This document shows positions 53,571 to 63,794 of a stretch of DNA of 64,000 nt, in pieces (the first letter of the stretch is position 1; every line of letters starts with the position of its first letter). The translations under genes were made by a program, and so were the position numbers. The stretch comes from an uncultured Chthonomonadaceae bacterium (lineage in GTDB: Bacteria; Armatimonadota; Chthonomonadetes; Chthonomonadales; Chthonomonadaceae), in the NCBI GenBank assembly GCA_963835065.1, contig CAWIEK010000053.1, forward strand, positions 64,001 to 128,000. The letters are read 5' to 3'. The notes under the pieces are model-generated. The model was not told where the DNA came from. It did no database searches and was given only the letters and a program-made list of their open reading frames with translations.

Positions 53571-54011
53571 ATGTTTCGTTATCGCATGATTGCCGCAATG
53601 GTGGCTGTTCCGCTTGCTGTGTTCGCTGTTGTCGGGGTTGTGGCGCAGGCGAAGCCGCAAAGTGACCCGCCGCCTGCCGAAACGCTTTATGTTCGTACTG
53701 CGGACGGGCAGTTTGTGCCGAAAGTCGCCGGCGTAATTAATGTGAACGCAGGAACGATTGTGGTCAATGTGGGAACGCGGGCCGGGTTCAAGCAGGGCGA
53801 CAAAGTGGTTTTCGCGCATCGGACGAAAGCGGGCTTGCTGTTGAAGGGGTTCGGCACCGTGACCCGCGCCTATGCCACCGACTCGGAGTGCGATCTTGCG
53901 AAGGGCATGGAGGCCGGCAGCATCAAGCCCAACGATGAGGTGTACAACGTCAGCCGCGACGATACGCGCTACAGCCTCGCCAAAGCGGAACTCAAGCCCG
54001 CCGGCGAGTAA
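53571..54011 (+). CDS. Secreted hypothetical beta-rich protein
   Basis: AAGGAG RBS, signal peptide, VNVGTRAGFKQGD. Confidence 0.7.
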   Translation: MFRYRMIAAMVAVPLAVFAVVGVVAQAKPQSDPPPAETLYVRTADGQFVPKVAGVINVNAGTIVVNVGTRAGFKQGDKVVFAHRTKAGLLLKGFGTVTRAYATDSECDLAKGMEAGSIKPNDEVYNVSRDDTRYSLAKAELKPAGE

Positions 54012-54177
54012 AACGGAACCTACACATCTTAGAGCAACAAGAAGCCCTTCTCCCGGCCAGGAACGAGCGGCCAGGAGAGGGTTGCAACAAAATAGCCCCT
54101 CTCCTGGCGCGTTGCGCGGCAAGGAGAGGGTGTCCATAAATGGACGCCCGGGGTGAGGTCAACACAAGGACAACACA

Positions 54178-54684
54178 ATGGACGAAGAAGATGACAAACC
54201 CAAACCCCGCCGTTTCCGCCTTGTCGCCTGGCTGCTGGTGGCGATGCTGGTGGTCGGCATGACCACGCTTTTTCTGTCGCCGCCACCACGCGGCGACAGC
54301 AAGTACGGGTTTGTCACCGACCATCCCATAGAAGTCATGTCGGACAGCACCGGGCGGTGGTTCTTTTATGGGCCGGCGCCGGTCACGGGAGGAACGCCGC
54401 AGATTGCGGCAACCGTTCGCAAAGAATTGCTGCCGCAGGGCTTTACGGAAGACGTTTCCAGCAAGCCCTGGTTCCGCTTTATAAAGGGCAGCCGCGAAGT
54501 GATTGTTTGCAACCACAACGAAATCGCCTGGAATCCCGTGTCTCCCAACATCGGCGTCATCCACGAAAAGCCTCCCAAAACACCCGGCAGTACCCTGTGG
54601 CCGGCCTTATGGGTGCATCAGCCGGGATCGGACACGACTGGCGTTGCCGCATTTCAGGTCAAGAAGCTGGTGATGCGCTGGTAA
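54178..54684 (+). CDS. Membrane-anchored hypothetical protein
   Basis: AAGGA RBS; basic patch followed by a TM helix. Confidence 0.65.
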   Translation: MDEEDDKPKPRRFRLVAWLLVAMLVVGMTTLFLSPPPRGDSKYGFVTDHPIEVMSDSTGRWFFYGPAPVTGGTPQIAATVRKELLPQGFTEDVSSKPWFRFIKGSREVIVCNHNEIAWNPVSPNIGVIHEKPPKTPGSTLWPALWVHQPGSDTTGVAAFQVKKLVMRW

Positions 54685-55900
54685 GGGCTGCGGCATGGCG
54701 GGCTTCCACGCCGTACCAGTCCATCTGCTCGTTTTCTTCCGCTGCGGGTACGCACCGGACGACGAATTGGGGCGCATTTTGCCAGTCGCGCCCGCTTTCC
54801 TGCTCCAGCTTTTGCATCGTCTTCATATCCGCGCCGTGCCACAACACCTGCCCGTCGAACAAAGCGAGATAGCGGCTGCGGTGCGCCTGCGCCAATCGGT
54901 CCTGCTGGTCGCGGTAGCGTTCCACGCAGACGGCTCCCCGCGTTAATTGCTCGTCCCGCTTCGTCTCGCCCTCATGCGGTTCCACTTTGAACGGTTCGCA
55001 AATGGACTCCGGCGCTGGCCCGATGACTTCGATTTCGTCCGTCTGGTTCGGTCCCAATCCGATTTCCGCCGCCAGTTTGATGGCGTTACGGCGGTAAAAG
55101 TAGGGATGGTTGGGGTAATCGTCTTCAGGGTCGAAGCCCATCACGCGCGCTCCAACGCTGTCGGTCGCCACGCAGTTGGTTCCCGCAAGGATAACGCCGG
55201 GGCGCATCGGGGTTCCGTGCCATTCGCTTTTGTTGGCGGCGACAATGCCGTCTACCACGTTCAGGCAGGGGCGCATCCACGCGGCCATGTCTACGAGAAC
55301 GCGGGGCAGGCGTATCAGGTGGTCGTGCAGATACTGGCGGGGCGACCCGTAAACGGACGTGGGCATCCAGCCGAACAGGTTCTTGATGCACAGCGTACAT
55401 CCCAGGCTGACATGCGCCTTCATTTTCGCCAGCGATACAAAGGCATCCGCTTCAGCCAGTTCGCGCGGCATCTGATACTCGCGAAACATCGCCTGCGGGT
55501 GCGGCATGGACACGCTCACCAATTCACTCTGGTTGAAGTCCACAAGCCGGACATTGGCGTACTTCGCCAGCCGCTCCGGGTAGCCCAACTTGGCGTACAG
55601 GCCGAACGAGTCGCCGTCCGTCGTGCCGTCGCCAATGAGAATAGGCGCGTCCGTCACGTCGCGTATGGCGTGAATGGCCCCTTCCACCACTGCCGGGTCG
55701 GTCAGTTCCGTTTGCTTGCCGTCGGTCAGCGTGATGCGGTGAACGCCCGCATTGATCTTCACGGCAATGCAGTTCGCGTTCCGCAAGCCTTTGCCATAAT
55801 CGCCCAATTGCTGTATCGCCGCCTGCGCCTGCCGTACAACGTCGTCATCCGAAGCCGTAGACGCGCACGAAACCAAACTCACCCGTTCCCGTTCTGCCAT
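54659..55900 (-). CDS. DUF362-domain protein with extra C-terminal domain
   Basis: AVKIN, TDPAVV, SLAKMKAH...TLCIKNLFG, VVDGI, VATDSV.ARVMG; AAGGAG RBS. Confidence 0.85.
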   Translation of the reverse strand: MAERERVSLVSCASTASDDDVVRQAQAAIQQLGDYGKGLRNANCIAVKINAGVHRITLTDGKQTELTDPAVVEGAIHAIRDVTDAPILIGDGTTDGDSFGLYAKLGYPERLAKYANVRLVDFNQSELVSVSMPHPQAMFREYQMPRELAEADAFVSLAKMKAHVSLGCTLCIKNLFGWMPTSVYGSPRQYLHDHLIRLPRVLVDMAAWMRPCLNVVDGIVAANKSEWHGTPMRPGVILAGTNCVATDSVGARVMGFDPEDDYPNHPYFYRRNAIKLAAEIGLGPNQTDEIEVIGPAPESICEPFKVEPHEGETKRDEQLTRGAVCVERYRDQQDRLAQAHRSRYLALFDGQVLWHGADMKTMQKLEQESGRDWQNAPQFVVRCVPAAEENEQMDWYGVEARHAAALTSASPAS

Positions 55901-55927
55901 TTTACTTTCTCCTTACCAAACTTAACG

Positions 55928-56413
55928 CTATTCCATGTCCCACTCTTGGGCTTGCTCCGCCAACTCGCGCAACGCCTGACGTTGCTCTTCCCGCTTTCGG
56001 TTTTTATAAAGCATCAGATCCTTAAAGTAAATGCGCCGATGCGTACCGACAGAATGGTACGGGATTTCTTTGTTTTCAACCAGGCGGATAAGGTAAGGAC
56101 GCGATACTCCCAACAAATCAGCGGCCTGTTGGGTCGTTAGTTCCGCAAATATGGGAATGACCGTCACGGCATTCCCATCCGCCATTTCCTTCAGCATCCG
56201 CGTGAACATGCGCAGGGCGCGGACGGGAACGCGCAGAACTTCTGTAGTGCCGTCACCGGCAACAATCTGAATTTGGGCTTCACCTTCGCTGGAAAGATGG
56301 GCTGCAAGTTGACTGCTCGATTCGCGCGCAAGTATCTGATCCTGTTCGCTAGGCGAAGTAAGGTCGTCTCGCTCTTCTAGTTCCAGTGGCATAAGGGTCT
56401 CCTTTGATGACAC
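55928..56413 (-). CDS. Excisionase-family HTH protein (antitoxin-like)
   Basis: ELTTQQAADLLGVSRPYLIRL...VGTHRRI; the true start may be the ATG at 56392. Confidence 0.85.
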   Translation of the reverse strand: MSSKETLMPLELEERDDLTSPSEQDQILARESSSQLAAHLSSEGEAQIQIVAGDGTTEVLRVPVRALRMFTRMLKEMADGNAVTVIPIFAELTTQQAADLLGVSRPYLIRLVENKEIPYHSVGTHRRIYFKDLMLYKNRKREEQRQALRELAEQAQEWDME

Positions 56414-56518
56414 GATTGCGCAACCAAGTCAACCCTATTATGCCACACAAACGAATCAGTTGTCAATAATCGAAATATCCGAAACGGCGGAATTGAACAC
56501 CTTTGTGCGTTCGCAAAA

Positions 56519-57079
56519 TTACGCCTCAAACGGCCAGCCGGTGATTTGGGCGAGCAGAGCGCCTAATTGCTCTGCCCAGGCGGTACGGTCTGCTTGTTCA
56601 AAATCAGTCAGAAAATGTTTTTGCCCGCCTTTGTGCAGGGTCAGAGCCGCGCTGACATACACGCTTCGTTGGATCATCTGCATTTGCAGCGTCGCGCCTG
56701 CGTACCGCTTTTTCCAGCGCAGGCCCAGGAGGGTATGCGTAATTTCCAGGCTGTCCGGCCCCGCAGTCCATTCCACTTTGCCGACAGTTTTCAGCAGAAA
56801 TTGCGCCAGCAAATACCCGGCCAGGCCAATCACGAAAATGCCCATCAGCAGCAGGGCGGTACGGTCATTGCGCCGCAAAAACGACAACACCGCTCGCCCG
56901 GAGCCAAGCGCAAGCAAGCCGCCAAACACGACCACGCCAAGCGCCAACTCTTCCACAGCCTTGCGCGTTTGTGGCGGCGGTAATACGATCTGCGTTCTCC
57001 CATCCGGCAGGGGCATAATCATCACGCCGGCTGGGGGCACAACCGGCAGGTTGTCGTCAGAGTCAACATTGGTTTCCAA
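56519..57079 (-). CDS. Hypothetical membrane protein (two TM helices)
   Basis: TTG start inferred from a GAGG RBS; two hydrophobic segments. Confidence 0.6.
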   Translation of the reverse strand: METNVDSDDNLPVVPPAGVMIMPLPDGRTQIVLPPPQTRKAVEELALGVVVFGGLLALGSGRAVLSFLRRNDRTALLLMGIFVIGLAGYLLAQFLLKTVGKVEWTAGPDSLEITHTLLGLRWKKRYAGATLQMQMIQRSVYVSAALTLHKGGQKHFLTDFEQADRTAWAEQLGALLAQITGWPFEA

Positions 57080-57457
57080 AGAACACCTCGCAAGATTCTC
57101 TGAAGGATTTAGAAAAGACAAAAAGACACAGAAAAAAGAGCAAAATAACGCGAAAAAAGGCGAACCTTTTGCTCCACACAATCGTCTAAATAGTAGAATA
57201 CAGTCTACTATTCAAATGTTAGACACCGGAAGGGAGGTGCCAGTCCTATGTTTCACCCCTCCCGTTCGCCCTGACGCCGCTGAGGCCCTGATGCCTCTCT
57301 CCTACAACCAGACACAACGAGACATCGGGCTGGAAGCGCTGTATTGCCAAGATTTCGACGATGACTCTACATATCTTTTTTCTACCTGCCGCTTTCCCAA
57401 CGCTTCCAAGATTTCCCGTTAGCAAAGGTTGAGTTCCCCGCTGGTTCGAAAACTTAA

Positions 57458-57576
57458 AGATTTACAAACCCTGAGAGCCTGTCCCAACAGGCGCGGCATT
57501 TGCGTCCGCAGGACGCTTGTACTTTCCTGCCGGGGATTTTCAACCCCCGGCCTGAGATAGATTTACAAACCCTGAG
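57458..57576. repeat. REP-like unit flanked by an 18-bp direct repeat
   Basis: AGATTTACAAACCCTGAG at 57458-57475 and 57559-57576 encloses GCGTCCGCAGGACGC...GCCGGGGATTTTCAACCCCCGGC. Confidence 0.82.
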
Positions 57577-58342
57577 CGCCCTCCGTATTTGTGTAGGGCA
57601 TGAGGAAGCGTATCGCCTCCTGAATGTGTTCGTCCCAATACTCCCAGGTATGCGCGCCGGGAAATTCGTGGTACTCGTGGGCAAATCCCAATTGATTGAG
57701 ATGCGCGTGGAAGGCGCGGTTGGATTCGATGAGAAAATCATCCACGCCGCAGTCAATGCGCAGGCCGGGGCGTTGCGCAGGGGCAAGTTTGGCGGCAAGC
57801 GCGAACAGGTCATGCGGCCCGCCCACCGGGTTTTCCCCGACAATCCGCGCAAACTCCCGATTAAACCCCGGCCTGATTTCCTCCCCGGAAATGGGAAGCG
57901 GAAAATTGCCGAAACTCATGGCTCCCGAATGGCTGACCGCCGCGCAGAACAGATCGGGATATTTCAGGGCGAACTTGGCCGCGCCGTACCCGCCCATAGA
58001 AAGCCCCGCCACCACGCGCCCGGTTCGCTCCGCCCGCGTCTGAAACATCGCGTCCACATAGCCGACCAAATCTTTTACAATGGCCGACTCCCACGCCATG
58101 CCCTGCTCCGCGTCGCTGTAGAACCCCCTGCCGCCGTCCGGCATCACCACAATCAGGGGCAGGCCGGCGACATAGCGCTCGATGCTTGTCCGGCGCTGCC
58201 AGACCGTATTATCATCCGACAGGCCGTGCAGCAGGTACAAAACCGGAAACGGCCCCTGCGTGTGCTGTTCCGGCAGCAGAATATCGGCAGCCGTCGCTTT
58301 TTGCAGCGCGTTGCTGTAAAATTTCAGTTCACAAAATGCCAT
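57563..58342 (-). CDS. Esterase, alpha/beta hydrolase (tributyrin esterase/S-formylglutathione hydrolase-like)
   Basis: YLLHGLSD, GLSMGG nucleophile elbow, DCGVDD, GAHTWEYW. Confidence 0.92.
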   Translation of the reverse strand: MAFCELKFYSNALQKATAADILLPEQHTQGPFPVLYLLHGLSDDNTVWQRRTSIERYVAGLPLIVVMPDGGRGFYSDAEQGMAWESAIVKDLVGYVDAMFQTRAERTGRVVAGLSMGGYGAAKFALKYPDLFCAAVSHSGAMSFGNFPLPISGEEIRPGFNREFARIVGENPVGGPHDLFALAAKLAPAQRPGLRIDCGVDDFLIESNRAFHAHLNQLGFAHEYHEFPGAHTWEYWDEHIQEAIRFLMPYTNTEGAQGL

Positions 58343-58508
58343 GAGGTTAAATTTTCCTTTGCTCTGTGCAGTGTCGTACCAACATTGCGCTCGCGCAAAC
58401 CATGCGTAAACGCGCTATGTCCGCGCAGGCGGACATTAGGCCGCAGGCTCTACAGCAAAGCAATGCATTTCGTTGCTTCCTGCCGCTGCTGCGAAATAGG
58501 CTGGCGTT

Positions 58509-58955
58509 TCAGGGCACAAGGGGGGGCAGGGCTTTGTCTTCCGTCCATCGCTGCTGCAGCGCCACCATAATGCACGGCCCGCCCGACACGACCTGCATGG
58601 AACTGGCGCGCGCCATATTGAACGCCGCCGTAGACTCGCTGCCCGGCTGCATCCAGACATAGGGAACCTTTAAGTGCGCCGCGCTGCGGATGGTTTCTTC
58701 CGTCACTTCGGGCGGCGTCACCGTCACCACGCAGTCAATGGGTTCGGGGATGTTGTCCAGTGAGGGGTAGCACGGTTCGCCGTCAATGGCATCCGTGTTG
58801 GGGTTGACGGCATAGACCGTATACCCGTACTGCTGGGGGGCGTTTTGCAGGGCTTTGAAAACTTTGTAGCCGTACTTGTTCGGGTCGCGGGACACGCCGG
58901 TAACGGCAAACCGCTTTTGATCCAAAATGTGTTCCATCAGAGCGCGCGTAGACAT
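58509..58955 (-). CDS. CoA-binding protein (YccU-like)
   Basis: AVTGVSRDPNKYG, VNP, YPSL, VWMQPG, PCIMV. Confidence 0.9.
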   Translation of the reverse strand: MSTRALMEHILDQKRFAVTGVSRDPNKYGYKVFKALQNAPQQYGYTVYAVNPNTDAIDGEPCYPSLDNIPEPIDCVVTVTPPEVTEETIRSAAHLKVPYVWMQPGSESTAAFNMARASSMQVVSGGPCIMVALQQRWTEDKALPPLVP

Positions 58956-59162
58956 AAACAGCCTTTTCTTTCCGCATCCTTATTAAAGCGCTAAATTAAA
59001 GCGCTAAGGCGCGTTGGAGATTGGTTAAAACCTGAGTTTAGTAGGTAGGCATTAGGCATTAGGCATTAGAACAACCCTTGTTCTCTCTTGCTGCACAGCA
59101 AAAGGTACGCAAAGCAGTTCCTAATGCCTGATGCCTAACGCCTAATGCCTGATGCCTGATGC

Positions 59163-61250
59163 CTACTTGTTATTCACCGTGACGCCCGGCCAGGTATCGG
59201 TGCGGAAGGGGGATGCGGGCAGGCCGGCTTTGTTATACAGGTTGGCAACCGGGTTGATGTGCCAGGCGTAGCGGACGGCAACCGGATTGGAAACCTGCGC
59301 GGACGAAACGACGATGCTGTCGCCCTCGATTTTGGCGTCCGCCCACGCGAACTTGTGATCCTCGCCCGCGATGGCAAAGCCTTTGAGCGGTTCGCCGTTC
59401 GGGGTTGTCAGGCCACCACTGTGCGCGAATGTCAGGCGAATACGATTGCCTTCCACCTTCATAGACTTGTACTCCGGGCCGGAATACTCGATCTTTTCGC
59501 CGTATGTTTTCGCAAGGGCGACCAGGGCGAGGCGCTTGCCCACGTCCTGCTTGTTTTTGGGGTGGATGTCGCCCGCGTCGCCGATGTCCGTTGTGACCGC
59601 AATGCCCGCGTTCGGCAAATGCTGCGCCGTCATAGATTGGGCTTCGCGCAGTTCCGCCCACGCATCCTCAACCGGGTTGGGATTGGGCTGCTGCCAGTTC
59701 GCCAGTTGCACGATATAAAACGGGAAATCGCCTTCCTTCCAGCGGCTCCTCCAATCCGTAATCATCGCCGGCAGCAGGGTACGGTACTGGTACGCCTTGC
59801 CCGCGTTGGACTCGCCCTGATACCAGATGGCTCCCTTAATGCCCAGGGGGATGAGGGGCGCAATCATGCCGTTGTACAGCACGGTGGGGGCGTTGGGATT
59901 GTTATCAATGGGAGTCGGGAGCGGCTTGGCTTTGGGCAAGGGTACGCCCACTTTGTATTTCCACGCGCCCGTCAGGGGGATTTTGCGCCCGTCCGTCACT
60001 TCCAGGTACATCTGTTCCGGCTTGCCCGTGAAGCCCCCCGCCCCGCCCGTGTCCAGCACTCGCACGGCGATCTCGTTTTTGCCTGCATGCAGCGCGCCGA
60101 GCGGAAGCGTATAGGTCCGTTCTGCCGTCGCCGCGTCTGTGGCTCCCACCAGCCTGCCGTTGACCCATGTGGTATCGCGGTAATCAATAATTCCCAGGTG
60201 CAGAATGCACTGGCGGCTTTCCTCCCCCTCCGCCAGTTCAAATGTGCGCCGATACCACATCACGCCGTCAAAATTCGCCAGTTCGGGAACGCCGGATTGC
60301 TCCCACGCGCCGGGCAGGTTCATCGTCTGCCAGTTCGCGTCGCTGAAATCCATACCGTTCCAGATTTGCGCCGTGCCAGGATCGTTGGCAATGTACCAGT
60401 CGGTCATCATCGCCAGGTAGGGGCGTTCGCCCCGCGCCATGCGCGTCCGCACTTCCGCCATCCGTTCCACCGCCGGGGCATACTCCGGCACTTTCTGCGC
60501 CAGGGCTTCCCCGCTCGTCCACGCTTCCGCCGGGGTTCCGCCCCACGAGGTATGAATCAGGCCGATAGGCACTTTCAGGTTCTCATACAGATCGCGGCCA
60601 AAGAAATAGCCGACAGCCGAAAAGCCGTTCCAGCCGCCTGCCCGCACCGTTTGCGGGGTACACACGTCCCACTTGCCCGTGGGAACGGCGCGGGGTTCCA
60701 TAGCAATGTCCTTCGTCACCGTGAACAGGCGGATTTGCGGGTAATTGGCGTTTGCCACTTCCTGCGCGGCGTTGTTGACGTTGCCGATGCCCATTTCCAT
60801 ATTGGACTGCCCGGAGCAGACCCACACGTCGCCCATGAGAATGTTGCTCAGTGTCACGGTTTGCGGGCCGGTTATGCTCAGGGTGTACGGCCCGCCGGCG
60901 GGCAGGGGCGGCAGTTTCGCCGTCCATTTGCCGCTGGCGTCCGCTTTGGTTTTGGCTTCGTGGTCGCCAAGCTGCACGGTCACGGCCTGCCCCGTTGTCG
61001 CCCAACCCCAAATCAAAATGGGACGGTCGCGCTGCAGCACCATGTTGTCGCTGAACAGGGGGCTGAGGAAGGGCAGGTTGGCAGGAGCGGCAATGGCGCT
61101 GTTGGGCGCGGCAGCCGTCAGCCCAAGCGTGGCAGCGCCCGTCAGAAAGGGTGCAACGCCCATTGCCAGCGCCAGCCGCAGCAGGGAAGTTCCCGGTTTA
61201 CGGCAAGCGCGAAACGTTGTGGTTTTGCTGGATTGCATCGTGTTCAGCAT
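59163..61250 (-). CDS. Secreted sialate O-acetylesterase-family (SGNH) protein
   Basis: FSDNMVLQR, CSGQSNM, SWGGT, WYQGESN, DIHPKNK, PASPFRTD. Confidence 0.92.
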   Translation of the reverse strand: MLNTMQSSKTTTFRACRKPGTSLLRLALAMGVAPFLTGAATLGLTAAAPNSAIAAPANLPFLSPLFSDNMVLQRDRPILIWGWATTGQAVTVQLGDHEAKTKADASGKWTAKLPPLPAGGPYTLSITGPQTVTLSNILMGDVWVCSGQSNMEMGIGNVNNAAQEVANANYPQIRLFTVTKDIAMEPRAVPTGKWDVCTPQTVRAGGWNGFSAVGYFFGRDLYENLKVPIGLIHTSWGGTPAEAWTSGEALAQKVPEYAPAVERMAEVRTRMARGERPYLAMMTDWYIANDPGTAQIWNGMDFSDANWQTMNLPGAWEQSGVPELANFDGVMWYRRTFELAEGEESRQCILHLGIIDYRDTTWVNGRLVGATDAATAERTYTLPLGALHAGKNEIAVRVLDTGGAGGFTGKPEQMYLEVTDGRKIPLTGAWKYKVGVPLPKAKPLPTPIDNNPNAPTVLYNGMIAPLIPLGIKGAIWYQGESNAGKAYQYRTLLPAMITDWRSRWKEGDFPFYIVQLANWQQPNPNPVEDAWAELREAQSMTAQHLPNAGIAVTTDIGDAGDIHPKNKQDVGKRLALVALAKTYGEKIEYSGPEYKSMKVEGNRIRLTFAHSGGLTTPNGEPLKGFAIAGEDHKFAWADAKIEGDSIVVSSAQVSNPVAVRYAWHINPVANLYNKAGLPASPFRTDTWPGVTVNNK

Positions 61251-61613
61251 TAAATCTCCTTGTATTCTGAATAGCTATTTTGAATAGCGGCGGCAAGGCT
61301 CTGTTGGAGCGCGCCGGAAAGGTGTTCAGCATAGCCTAAAGTCCGTATTGCGGGTAGAATTAGTTTCACTTCCGCAACGTCAATTTCCTCTTTAGGGTTT
61401 CAACGTCGTTTCCAATTTAAAGCAGTCTCCTGAGCCGGGATTTTTCAATTCTCAGCGCGGAATGGCGCTTGTGACGTAGTTCACACAATAAATGTGGCGC
61501 ATGGTATTGCAAAATACAAGCGAATATGCTATGTTCCTTTAGATTATAGCGCGGTGAAAATACCGCGGTGATGCGCGCGCCACGCTAACAAGGCGAGTAT
61601 AAAGGAGAGGGAC

Positions 61614-63513
61614 ATGAGCTTATTTATCCGCGTTTTTCACAACAGCGACCATGCCTGCGTCGTGTGGGGGCCGGACGATCCCCGCGAGGCTTTGCCCGGC
61701 TGTCTGGGTTTCGCGATCCGGCGGCGCAAAGTGGGAGATACCAGTGAGGGAGAAGCGCTGCACAACTTCACCAGCTTCGATCTGGACAATCAGAAGCCGG
61801 GAACGTCGGCGGAAAGCACGGTCTGGCCCGTGCAGCGCTTCAACTGGTGGGACTACGCGCCCAACAGCCAGGACGCGACGGTGGCCTTCGAATATAAAAT
61901 CGTTCCTCTGACCAAAGGGGAAGCGGGGTTTGCGTACGGCGAGAAGCCCCTGCCGACAATGACTAACCTGGCAACGGAATGGAAGGGGCCGCTCAATGTC
62001 AGCCAGGATTGCGGCGACGGCATTTCATGCTACTTCAATCGGGGCATTGTCGCGGCGGAGTGGGTGTCCCGCGCCCTGAAAGCCAAAGAAACGCCCGGTG
62101 AAGCGCCGGGCAAAGCGCTGGCAGAGGCGATCAAAACGCCGGGGGATAAACTGCGCGACGAACTGGGCGGCGTCCTGAAAACCAAACTGCTTGATGTGCT
62201 GAAAGACGTAGATGCGAATGGCGGCACGATTTTCGCCGCGCTGTACGAACTCAACGACCCGGAACTGATGGCGGCCATTCTCAAGTTGGGCATGAAGGCC
62301 AACATCATTCTTGCCAACGGCGCGTTTTCCAAAGAAAAGCCGGACGAGAACAAGGAAGCGCGGGAAGCCCTGCGCGGCAAAGTGAACCTCTTTGACCGCA
62401 TGGTGTCGCAGGGGCATTTCGCGCATAACAAGTTCATGGTTATCTGTGACGCCAAAGGCAAGCCGCAAAGCGTGTGGACGGGCAGCACCAACTGGTCGGT
62501 GACGGGGCTATGCACCCAGGCCAACAACGGCATCCTGCTGCAAGACCCGGCGGTGGCGAATGCGTTTGTGGAGCAGTGGCAGCGCCTGCACGAGGCAGGC
62601 AACGGTTTCCCGGACGCGCTGAAAAGCGCGAACTCGCAGCAAAAGCAGTTTCTCATGGGCGGCAAGGAAGTGAAACGGCAAAACGCAGGGCGGCAGCCTG
62701 GTCACGCCCTGGTTCGTGCCCACGCTGCATCAGGAGGACTTGCAGCACGCGCGCCGCTTGATTAACGGGGCGCAGGACGGCATTCTGTTTCTGATGTTCG
62801 AGCCGGGCAGCTTCGAGGCCGAGCCGGCCAAGTGGACGCTGCTGCAATCCATTCTGAATCGGCATCAGCCCGCGCCCAATCCGTACCTTAACCTCAGCCT
62901 GTATATTCGCGGCGTGGTCAACCAGGATGTGCCGAGCCTGACGGAAGAACCCAAAGTGACGAAGCCAACGGATGCGGCGGCGGCAGGCCAGGCGGGCGAC
63001 GGAACCGCAGCGGAAGCAACCCACCGCGCCATGGGGCATGAACTCGATCCGTCCGCGCCCACGCATACCACCACGCTGTTCAGTTCCGGCAATGCGTCTC
63101 CCGTCCGCACTACCGATGATGTGCTGACGCCCAAAGCCATTAAAGCAGGCTTCGGCCCCTGGGTTCCCGAACTGCTTAATCAGGGCGTGAAGATACACAG
63201 CAAGATGATCGTGATTGATCCATTCGGCGAGCATCCCGTCGTGATGACCGGCTCGCACAACATGGGCTACAAGGCCAGCACGATGAACGACGACAACCTG
63301 GTTATCATCGAAAACAACCCGGCGCTGGCGCAGGCGTATGCGGCCAGCGTGATCGCCGTGTACAACCAGTATCGCACCAACCTGCTGGCGGGACAGCCGG
63401 GCGCGGCGACAGGCTTCGCGCTGAAGAAGGATGACAGTTGGCAAAAGAACCACTTCGTCAATCCCGATCTGGAAGAACTGAACTTCTGGCTGAAGGTGAC
63501 GAAGGAGGTGTAG
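61614..63513 (+). CDS. Phospholipase D superfamily protein with two HKD-type motifs; frameshift near 62700
   Basis: HNKFMVICD...WTGSTN and HSKMIVID...TGSHN; AAGGAG RBS; TTGCAA/TATGTT promoter-like site near 61507-61535. Confidence 0.88.
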
Positions 63514-63794
63514 GGGGTTAGGCAGTAGGCAGTAGATATTAGATATTAGATGGGAACCCGTATACTGCGCTGAATATCTTAATTTATAATCTGATGCCTA
63601 ATGCCTACTTGAAGAAAGGCCATCTCGTAGAGCGAGATGGTCCTTTTTATGCTTTACTTAGAAGTGCCGGGGGTTGAAAATCCCCGGCATATAAACTATT
63701 TTCGCCATGCCTTGAACCCTTTCTGCGCGCAATGGCTCCATACTAACAGACACGAAATCCATTTATTGGAAATGCTCTTCGAGGACGGCTATTT

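Noticed and set aside
55928..56413. Prophage excisionase
   Set aside because: No integrase or phage genes nearby; the sequence fits the antitoxin-like HTH family.
59259..61253. Long antisense ORFs (also 1101-2576, 10511-11485, 29561-30733, 54947-56140)
   Set aside because: Shadow frames of real high-GC genes on the opposite strand; no motifs or RBS support.
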